A DNA stretch of 64,000 nt, taken from the NCBI GenBank assembly GCA_035602335.1, contig DATNMK010000084.1:42318-106317 (forward strand), given 5' to 3'. Of the stretch, positions 27,986 to 34,684 are shown one piece after another (the stretch's first letter is position 1; the number at the start of each line of letters is the position of its first letter). The position numbers were made by a program, and so were the translations under genes. Under the pieces are notes generated by a model. The model did no database searches. It saw nothing but the letters and a program-made list of their open reading frames with translations, and had not been told where the DNA came from. The stretch comes from Burkholderiales bacterium (lineage in GTDB: Bacteria > Pseudomonadota > Gammaproteobacteria > Burkholderiales > SG8-39).

Positions 27986-28215
27986 TGACAAATTTAATGA
28001 TTCCTTTCGAGTGCCCGATATGCGGCTCGGACGGCTTTACCCAAGTTTCAGTTAGGGGGCGCGACGGCCGGACACGACTGACGCAAGCCTATGAATGCCG
28101 CGGCTGCAGCACCATGTTCCGCGAGCGCGAACGCTTCACTAAGCACCGCCCGCAGGTCATGGGCGCGGACGGCGTAGATTTGAAGCCGACGCTCGATAAG
28201 AAGTCCGCAAGGTAG
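27985..28215 (+). CDS. Island gene F: 76-aa Zn-ribbon protein, putatively SOS-regulated
   Basis: MTNLMIPFECPICGSDGFTQVSVRGRDGRTRLTQAYECRGCSTMF... The CxxC...CxxC ribbon is similar to the N-terminus of gene A. Start chosen at the ATG inside the SOS box. Confidence 0.55.
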   Translation: MTNLMIPFECPICGSDGFTQVSVRGRDGRTRLTQAYECRGCSTMFRERERFTKHRPQVMGADGVDLKPTLDKKSAR

Positions 28216-28297
28216 TTCGTGTTCGATACCACACAGACAATCCAGTCGAATGCTGTTACTTGGTACGCTGCCCGTACGACTTATTCGAAAGCAGACA

Positions 28298-28672
28298 ATG
28301 AGAAAGTCGATCGCCTGGGCGGCTATCGTCGCCCTTCTCGCCGGCTGTGTCACAACGGCGAAATTCGAAGACAAGCTCAACAGTTGGGTAGGACACAGCG
28401 AAGACGACTTGGTCCGATCGTGGGGGCCGCCTTCTGGCGTTTATGAAACCGCGAACAGCAAGTACCTAACGTACGCGCGTTCTGCTCAGGGCTACGTGCC
28501 AGGCGTTGCGCCTAGTTACCAAAGCTACGCAGTAGGCAACACGGTATATACGCGGCCTGTTGGAGGTTCTCCCGGGTTTGCGTATTCACAGCAGTGTAAT
28601 GCGACCTTTGAGCTTGTCGGTGGAGTAATTCGGTCATGGAGATGGGAAGGCAACGCGTGCAGATCAAACTAG
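28298..28672 (+). CDS. Island gene G: lipoprotein of unknown function
   Basis: MRKSIAWAAIVALLAG|C lipobox signal. 124 aa. Confidence 0.7.
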   Translation: MRKSIAWAAIVALLAGCVTTAKFEDKLNSWVGHSEDDLVRSWGPPSGVYETANSKYLTYARSAQGYVPGVAPSYQSYAVGNTVYTRPVGGSPGFAYSQQCNATFELVGGVIRSWRWEGNACRSN

Positions 28673-28835
28673 CTCTGCTCCCGCATGCCTAGTTCTCGAA
28701 AATATCTATTGGCTCGGCCGCGCTCGGTTCAATAACCGTAGCATCAATCACGCGCATCTCGCGGGCGGCGCGCATGTTCGCTTCGGCCAGTGCATTGAAC
28801 CGCAAAGGGAAGCCGAATGTTCGCCTGTGATACCT

Positions 28836-28845
28836 TAGGTAGCAG
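28836..28845 (+). repeat. TAGGTAGCAG, a 9/10 copy of the left-end motif near the right island junction
   Basis: Compared by eye with 24173-24194. Confidence 0.35.
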
Positions 28846-28855
28846 CAGGGTAAGA

Positions 28856-28866
28856 GATTCGTAATC
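28856..28866 (+). repeat. Right copy of the 11-bp direct repeat GATTCGTAATC
   Basis: Identical to 23995-24005. Confidence 0.8.
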
Positions 28867-28902
28867 AGTAGGTCGCCCGTTCGAGTCGGGCCACCAGCAC
28901 CA
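28856..28902 (+). pseudogene. 3' half of the disrupted tRNA-Thr(CGU) gene
   Basis: (GA)TTCGTAA-TCAGT-AGGTC-GCCCG-TTCGAGT-CGGGC-CACCAGC-ACCA. The acceptor and anticodon-stem strands are exact complements of the 5' half at 23966. Confidence 0.85.
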
Positions 28903-28963
28903 TCAATTACGAGGCTGCGCTCCTCGAGCCAAGCGACGCAGCTAAGGAAAACTCAGGGGCGTA

Positions 28964-29305
28964 TCAGCTGCAGCCGCGAAGCTGCTCGCGCAAGGCTTCA
29001 AGCCGCTGCTGACGAACTTCATCGTTCGCGCCGGCATCGCGACGGCTGGGGGTTAAGCGGGAATATTCCTGCATGTCCCGCGCGCACTGGCGTTGGAGCT
29101 CCTGCGTAGTCCTCGCTGCCGCGCGAGGTGATGCGGATTCCATTGGCGCCGCGCCGCCGCGCTGGATTTTGATTATTTCGCTCTTGCAGTTTGGTAGCGG
29201 CTTGTCCGAATAGTGCGTCACGCCGCGCTGATCCACGCACTTATAAGTTTGAGCGTACGCCGGAGCGCAAATGACAAGGGCGACGATTAGGGCGGTTTGT
29301 TTCAT
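28964..29305 (-). CDS. DUF4124-domain periplasmic protein
   Basis: MKQTALIVALVICAPAYAQTYKCVDQRGVTHYSDKPLP. Start trimmed to 29305. Confidence 0.7.
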   Translation of the reverse strand: MKQTALIVALVICAPAYAQTYKCVDQRGVTHYSDKPLPNCKSEIIKIQRGGAAPMESASPRAAARTTQELQRQCARDMQEYSRLTPSRRDAGANDEVRQQRLEALREQLRGCS

Positions 29306-29416
29306 GGCTTGTTCGGTACAGTTGGCGATTGTACTCTCAGTCGGTAAGGGCGCAGATGCGTGCACACGCGCACTAGTCGGCGTTAATTGATCTAGACTTG
29401 CCGACATCGGACTTCG

Positions 29417-29797
29417 ATGGCTGCCAACATCCTCGTCGTTGACGACGACGAAAGCATCCGTGGACTGCTTCGGCTACATCTCAGCGCGGCCGGGTACGAC
29501 GTGCACGTCGCGGAGGACGCGATCATGGCGGGCTACATGGTGCTGCGCAGCCCGCCGGACCTGATCATTTCGGACGTCCACATGCCCCACATGGACGGCT
29601 TCGAGTTCATCGCCGCTCTAAAGGCGGACAAGTCGCTGCCGTACATCCCGGTGATCTTCCTCACCTCGATGGAGGAAGGCGACGACCGCGGCAAGGAGCT
29701 CGGCGCGGTCGGCTATCTCACCAAGCCGGTGCGCGCAGACCGGCTGTTATCGCTGGTGGCGAAGCACGTGCCCGACGGCACCCACCCGATCGGCTAG
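29417..29797 (+). CDS. Single-domain CheY-like response regulator
   Basis: ILVVDDDESIRGLL...DLIISDVHMPHMDGFEF...LTKP. Confidence 0.85.
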   Translation: MAANILVVDDDESIRGLLRLHLSAAGYDVHVAEDAIMAGYMVLRSPPDLIISDVHMPHMDGFEFIAALKADKSLPYIPVIFLTSMEEGDDRGKELGAVGYLTKPVRADRLLSLVAKHVPDGTHPIG

Positions 29798-29813
29798 CGG
29801 GGTCTGGAAGAGG

Positions 29814-30470
29814 CTAGGGGCATTCCCTCAGCTCGCTGCCTTCGACCTGGCGCGCGATTTCCCTGAGTTGCGCCTGAAGCGGCGCATCGACGCTCTTCAC
29901 CTGCAGCCACACTTTCGGCACGAGGGTCTCGCGCGGGCCGACCTGGGCGGTGCGCACGCCCTGGCCGCGCAGCGCCGCGAGCCGCGCCTGCGCCGAGTCC
30001 TCGCTGCGGAACACGCCGAGCGACACGGCCCAGCGGTGCTCGCCTTCCTCCTGCACGATGAAGTAATCGTCAACGCCGAGCGCCTTCAGCTCGGCGGCCT
30101 TTCTCAGCGCGGCCTGCCGGCTGCCCTGCGGCGGAATGAAGACCCACCAGCCTGCGATTTCCTCGGTGCGGCGCTGGCCCAGCCGGGTGCCGAGCGCGAG
30201 CGGCTCGAGCGCCTTCTCGGCGCGCGGTGCGTCGGCGACCGTGAAGCTGCCCCATTCGAGGCAGGCCGCCGGCAGGGGCGGCACCGGTGCCGGCTTTTTC
30301 GCTACCGGCACCGCAGGCAGGTCGTCCGGGCTGATGATCTTCAGCTTTTCCGGCTCGATCTGACGCGCCATCGGCAAGGGCTCGCTCGCGGCATCGGGCG
30401 CGGCGACGAACCGCGACCAGGCGAGCAACGCGACATTGGCGAGAACCAGGAGAAGGAACAGCGTTCTCAT
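29814..30470 (-). CDS. SPOR-domain protein (membrane-anchored, peptidoglycan-binding)
   Basis: MRTLFLLLVLANVALLAW anchor. C-terminal WAVSLGVFRSEDSAQARLAALRGQGV SPOR-like repeat. ATGA overlap with coaX. Confidence 0.7.
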   Translation of the reverse strand: MRTLFLLLVLANVALLAWSRFVAAPDAASEPLPMARQIEPEKLKIISPDDLPAVPVAKKPAPVPPLPAACLEWGSFTVADAPRAEKALEPLALGTRLGQRRTEEIAGWWVFIPPQGSRQAALRKAAELKALGVDDYFIVQEEGEHRWAVSLGVFRSEDSAQARLAALRGQGVRTAQVGPRETLVPKVWLQVKSVDAPLQAQLREIARQVEGSELRECP

Positions 30471-31222
30471 CGCGCTACGGCGCGCTCGCTCAACGCGATG
30501 CGCGCAAGGCCGTCGAGCACCAGGTTCTCGATGTAGCGGGACTGGAACGGCAGCATGTCGAGAAGCTGGCGCCCGGCGCCGCCCGAAACGATGCACAGCG
30601 GATTGCCGCCCATCGCGCGGTGCATCCGTTCGACGGCACCGGCTTGCGCGTGCCGGCTGCCGGTTTCGATCGCGTCGATGGTATTGCGCGGCGCATCGCG
30701 GTAGCTGCCTTCCTGGATCGGCAGGCGACCGGTATGCTCGTGCAGCACGAAGCGCATCAGGTCGGCGCCGGGGAAGATGGCGCCGCCGAGGAACGCGCCG
30801 TCGCCCGACAGCATGTCGATGGTAGTGGCGGTGCCGGCATTGACGATCAGGCAGGGCCCCGTGTGCACAGCGCGTGCCGCCACCAGCGCCGCCCAGCGAT
30901 CCGGCCCGAGCTGCTCCGGGCGCTCATAGCGGTTGCGCACGCCGCAGCGCTCCGCTTCGCCGTGCAGCCAGAGCGGCTCGGCGTCGAAAACGCTGGTCCA
31001 ATTCACGAGCAGCTGGTGCGCGCCCTCGCCGGCTACGTTCGAGATGACGATGCGCTCCGGATCCTCGTGCGTGATCGAGAACGGGTTGATATGGTCGCTC
31101 GAGGCGGCAAACTCGATGAGCGATACCGTCGCGATGCTGGCCCAGCGTGAGCCGCCGGCTCCGTCATCTTCCAACCAGCCCCACTTCACGCGCGAATTGC
31201 CGGCGTCGATGGCGAGAATCAT
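30467..31222 (-). CDS. coaX: Type III pantothenate kinase
   Basis: MILAIDAGNSRVKWG...LIVNAGTATTIDML...GGAIFPG. ATGA overlap with birA. Confidence 0.85.
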   Translation of the reverse strand: MILAIDAGNSRVKWGWLEDDGAGGSRWASIATVSLIEFAASSDHINPFSITHEDPERIVISNVAGEGAHQLLVNWTSVFDAEPLWLHGEAERCGVRNRYERPEQLGPDRWAALVAARAVHTGPCLIVNAGTATTIDMLSGDGAFLGGAIFPGADLMRFVLHEHTGRLPIQEGSYRDAPRNTIDAIETGSRHAQAGAVERMHRAMGGNPLCIVSGGAGRQLLDMLPFQSRYIENLVLDGLARIALSERAVAR

Positions 31223-31983
31223 GCCGTTCTCGCGGAGAGCACGTGGCCGTTGCGCACGGCGCACAGCCCGTCGCGCGTTCGCAGGCGCAGCCCGCCATCC
31301 TCGGCAAGGCCGCTTGCCACACCGCTGATCACGCGGCCGTCGGCGAGCCGCACGCGCAGCCGCTGCCCGGCATGCGCATCCATCGCTTCCCATTCCGCGC
31401 GCACCGCTGCGAGACCGCTTTGCTCGAACGCATCGAGCGCCTCGAGCAGAGCGCCTGCGATGCGGGCGATGATCTCGTTGCGGCTGCGCACTTCAATGTA
31501 CTGGTCGAGCGAAGCGATGCGGCGCCGCAGCCGCCGCCCGAGCTTCTCATCACCGCGGCAGTTGATGCCGATGCCGATCACCGCGTGCGAGAGCGCGGCC
31601 TGGCTGCGCGTCTCGACCAGGATGCCGCCCAGCTTGGCGCCGTTCACCACGAGATCGTTGGGCCATTTGAGCGCTGCCTGCGCGACGCCGAGGCGCCGCA
31701 GCTCGCGCGTCGCCGCAACCCCGGCAACGAGCGAGAGCGCCGCGAGCTCGCGTGGCGGCCGCCGGACGCGTCGCGCCAGCGAAAAAGTGATGCTCGCGCC
31801 GGGAGCGCTGTGCCAGCGCCGTCCGCGGCGGCCGCGGCCGGCGGTCTGCTCCTCCGCGACGAGCAGCAGCGGGCGCGCCGCGCCGCGCTCCTGCAGGAGC
31901 AGGTCGTTGGTCGAAGTACAGCGCTGCACGACGCGCACTTCGAGTCCCGGGACGGCGATCGCAGCGGCTTCCAGGCGGTCCAT
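31219..31983 (-). CDS. birA: Biotin--[acetyl-CoA-carboxylase] ligase
   Basis: STNDLLL...LLVAEEQTAGRGRRGRRWHSAPGASITFSL...LKWPNDLVVNGAKLGGILVE. Confidence 0.85.
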   Translation of the reverse strand: MDRLEAAAIAVPGLEVRVVQRCTSTNDLLLQERGAARPLLLVAEEQTAGRGRRGRRWHSAPGASITFSLARRVRRPPRELAALSLVAGVAATRELRRLGVAQAALKWPNDLVVNGAKLGGILVETRSQAALSHAVIGIGINCRGDEKLGRRLRRRIASLDQYIEVRSRNEIIARIAGALLEALDAFEQSGLAAVRAEWEAMDAHAGQRLRVRLADGRVISGVASGLAEDGGLRLRTRDGLCAVRNGHVLSARTA

Positions 31984-32006
31984 GCGCGTAGTTTACGGGA
32001 ACGGCT

Positions 32007-33392
32007 TCACGGCTCGGGCCAGGCGCGCTGCGCGGGGCGCAGCGTTTCGATCGTGCGCGCAAGACCGAGCACGCCGGCGTCGTCGAAGCGCCGACCAATG
32101 ATCTGAATTCCGATCGGCAAGCCCTCCGCGCTGTAACCCCAGTTGATCGACGCCGCGGGCTGCTCAGATATGCTGTGCGGCACCGTGAAGGCGATGTGCG
32201 GCAGCGCGTTGCGCGGGTCGTTGCTCGGCGCTGCCTGCTCGGCGCCATAAGACAGGACCGGCGAAGTCGGCGACAGCACGAAGTCATAGCGCTGGCAGGC
32301 GGCCGCCGCCGCTTCGCGCATCGCCATCACCCAGCCGTAGGCCTGCATGAGCTCGCGCCCGCTGAAGTCCGCGGCGCGCCAGGTGCACCATTCGGTGATG
32401 AAGGGCAGCACCTTCGCTTTCTTCGCGGCCGGCAGCTGCGCCAGTTCGTTGTAGGAGCGCGCCTCGAAGAAGCGGCACATCCCGTCCAGCATCTCGGCGC
32501 TCAGGAAGCTTTTCATTTCCTCCACCTGAGCGCCCTCGCGCCCGAGCGCCCGGGCGGCCGCCTCAGCCGCTGCGCGCACCTCGCCATGCACCGGCAAGCC
32601 GACCCGCATGTCGGGTAGAAAGCCGATTTTCATTCCCCTCGCTTCTAGCGGTTCCACGGTGGACTTGAAAACGGCGGGAGGCAAGCTCATGAAATCGCGC
32701 GCATCGGGCCGCGAGATGACATTCATCAGCAGCGCCGCATCCCCCACCGTGCGCGTCAGGGGGCCGGCGACGCGCCCCAGGTAGGGCGGGTAGATGGGAA
32801 CGCGGCCGAGCGACGGCTTGAGCGAGAAGACACCGCAGTGCGCGGCTGGAAGGCGCAGCGAGCCGCCGATGTCGGTGCCCAGATGCAGCGGCGCATAGCC
32901 GGCCGCCGCGGCGGCAGCCGCGCCCGAGCTCGATCCGGAAGGATTGCGATCGAGCCGCCATGGATTGCGCGTCACGCCGTGCAGGCTCGAGACGCCCGAG
33001 GACAGCATGCCGTAATCCGGCATGGTGGTCTTGCCGAGGATCACGCAACCGGCTTCGTGGACCCGCGCCGCTGGCGGTGCATCCTCGGGTTGCGGCGGCG
33101 CGTCCGCGTTGGCGCGCGTGCCGATCGGCGCCGGGTCGCCGCGTGTATGGATGTTCTCCTTGATGGTGAGCGGCACGCCGTCGAGGGGGGAGAGCGGCTT
33201 GCCCGCGCGCCAGCGCGCCTCGGAGGCGCGCGCCTGCTCGAGCGCCGCATCGCGAGCGAGCCGGTACATGGCGTTGATGCACGGCTCCCAGGCGGCGACG
33301 CGCGCAAGCAGGGCGCGTGTCACCTCCAGCGGCGACAGTTTGCGGCGCGCGTAGGCGGCCGAGAGCTCGGCGGCAGAGCACTCGTGTAGCAC
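32007..33392 (-). CDS. Amidase-signature family amidase
   Basis: NPWRLDRNPSGSSSGAAAAAAAGYAPLHLGTDIGGSLRLPAAHCG (AS Ser-cisSer-Lys signature region). 461 aa. Confidence 0.8.
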   Translation of the reverse strand: MLHECSAAELSAAYARRKLSPLEVTRALLARVAAWEPCINAMYRLARDAALEQARASEARWRAGKPLSPLDGVPLTIKENIHTRGDPAPIGTRANADAPPQPEDAPPAARVHEAGCVILGKTTMPDYGMLSSGVSSLHGVTRNPWRLDRNPSGSSSGAAAAAAAGYAPLHLGTDIGGSLRLPAAHCGVFSLKPSLGRVPIYPPYLGRVAGPLTRTVGDAALLMNVISRPDARDFMSLPPAVFKSTVEPLEARGMKIGFLPDMRVGLPVHGEVRAAAEAAARALGREGAQVEEMKSFLSAEMLDGMCRFFEARSYNELAQLPAAKKAKVLPFITEWCTWRAADFSGRELMQAYGWVMAMREAAAAACQRYDFVLSPTSPVLSYGAEQAAPSNDPRNALPHIAFTVPHSISEQPAASINWGYSAEGLPIGIQIIGRRFDDAGVLGLARTIETLRPAQRAWPEP

Positions 33393-33418
33393 GGGCGGAC
33401 TATATACTCCGGCGCGTC

Positions 33419-34105
33419 ATGCGCTGGCCCTATCCTAGAATCGTCGCCCACCGCGGCGGCGGATCGCTCGCGCCCGAGAACACGCTGACGGCAATCAGGC
33501 TCGGTGCGTCGCTCGGCTTCCGTGGCGTCGAGTTCGACGTCATGCTCGCCGGCGATGGCACGCCGGTCCTGATCCATGACGAGACGCTCGAACGCACTAC
33601 CGGAGTCAAAGGCGAGGTCGCAGCTACTCCATATGGAGAGCTCGAGAAGCTCGATATTCCGCGATTTCAGGATGCGGCTCGGCTGTGCCGCGAACTCGGC
33701 CTTTGGGCGAACGTCGAAATCAAGCCGGCGCGGGGGCACGAGCGCGCGACCGGCGAGACCGTTGCCCGCATGGCGAGCGGGCTCTGGCGCGGCGCGCCGC
33801 TGCAGCCCGTCCTGTCTTCCTTTTCGGCTGAAGCGCTCCAGGCGGCACGCCTTGCCGCGCCGGACCTGCCCCGGGGCTGCTTGGTGGACGAGATCCCGCA
33901 CAACTGGCGAACGCTCGACTGCCTGGCGCTTCACTGCAATCAACAACATTTGACTGAGGAAAGCGCCAAAGCAATAAAAAAGGCCGGCTATGGATTGCTT
34001 TGCTGGACCGTCAACGATCCTGTCGCCGCGCGGCGACTATTTTCCTGGGGCGTGGACTGCCTGGTGACCGACGCCCTTGGGTTGATCGGACCGCAGTTCG
34101 CGTAA
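33419..34105 (+). CDS. Glycerophosphodiester phosphodiesterase family protein
   Basis: MRWPYPRIVAHRGGGSLAPENTLTAIRLGASLGFRGVEFDVMLAGDGTPVLIHDETLERTT. Confidence 0.85.
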   Translation: MRWPYPRIVAHRGGGSLAPENTLTAIRLGASLGFRGVEFDVMLAGDGTPVLIHDETLERTTGVKGEVAATPYGELEKLDIPRFQDAARLCRELGLWANVEIKPARGHERATGETVARMASGLWRGAPLQPVLSSFSAEALQAARLAAPDLPRGCLVDEIPHNWRTLDCLALHCNQQHLTEESAKAIKKAGYGLLCWTVNDPVAARRLFSWGVDCLVTDALGLIGPQFA

Positions 34106-34147
34106 CCGGGCGTTATAAAAGCGACAAGCAGACCGCCAAGTAACGGT

Positions 34148-34684
34148 CTATTTGCCGGCGAGGAATTTCTCGATCGAGGAAACGAGACGCGGGTCGGTCG
34201 GCTCGACCTGCGTCCCGAAGCTCAGCACCTGGCGGCCGCTGCGGTCGACCAGGTACTTGTGGAAGTTCCACTGCGGGGCCTTGCCGGTCGTTCTGGCAAG
34301 CTCCGCAAAGAGCGGATTGGCGGCCGCGCCGCGCACGCTCGACTTGCCGAACATCGGGAAGTCGACCGCGTACTGGTTGACGCAGAAGCTCGCGATCTCC
34401 TTGTTGGAGCCGGGCTCCTGGCCGCCGAAGTCGTTCGACGGGAAGCCCAGAACGACCAGCCCGCGCGAGCGGTATTTTCGGTATAGGTCTTCGAGGCCCT
34501 CGTACTGCGGGGTATAGCCGCACTGGCTCGCGGTGTTGACCACCAACACCACGTTGCCGGCGAACTCGCACAGCGAACGCGGGCGCTCGTCGATACCTTC
34601 CATCGGGCGGTCGAGGAGCGCCGGGCAGGCAGCCATGGCCGGAACGTGAATCAGGAACAGAAGGCTAATAAGGCAGCGGCGCAT
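34148..34684 (-). CDS. Glutathione peroxidase (exported)
   Basis: VVLVVNTASQCGYTPQYEGLEDLYRKY...GFPSNDFGGQEPG...WNFHKYLV. Confidence 0.85.
   Translation of the reverse strand: MRRCLISLLFLIHVPAMAACPALLDRPMEGIDERPRSLCEFAGNVVLVVNTASQCGYTPQYEGLEDLYRKYRSRGLVVLGFPSNDFGGQEPGSNKEIASFCVNQYAVDFPMFGKSSVRGAAANPLFAELARTTGKAPQWNFHKYLVDRSGRQVLSFGTQVEPTDPRLVSSIEKFLAGK

Larger units (their letters stand above)
24006..28866. mobile_element. 4,861-bp integrated island inserted in the tRNA-Thr anticodon loop; no recombinase gene detected (CIME-like or decayed element)
   Basis: Bounded by the 11-bp direct repeat and the two complementary tRNA halves. Hand-counted GC of sample 60-nt lines is 24-26/60 at 25861 and 26041 and 32-37/60 in genes A and E, versus 42/60 at 30001 outside. 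Contents are accessory-type genes. Confidence 0.75.

Noticed and set aside
24087-28902. Classical attL/attR reading: the intact tRNA at 24087 as the integration target, with 28856-28902 as its duplicated 3' end.
   Set aside because: The 3' fragment differs from the intact tRNA at many positions (T-stem GCCCG/CGGGC versus GCGTG/CACGC; acceptor CACCAGC versus CGCCAGC). It is, however, a perfect complement of the orphan 5' half at 23966, so the split-gene model fits better.
28689-28953. Open minus-strand frame (…RRTFGFPLRFNALAEANMRAAREMRVIDATVIEPSAAEPIDIFEN*) crossing the right island junction, considered as a possible integrase remnant.
   Set aside because: It has no start codon, runs through the tRNA half, and shows no tyrosine-recombinase motifs (no R..HxxR..Y pattern). 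It is most likely non-coding.
34106-34147. Weak hairpin AGACCG-ccaagtaa-CGGTCT between the convergent GDPD and glutathione peroxidase genes.
   Set aside because: It has only a 6-bp stem, an 8-nt loop and a poor T-tract, which is too weak to call a terminator.
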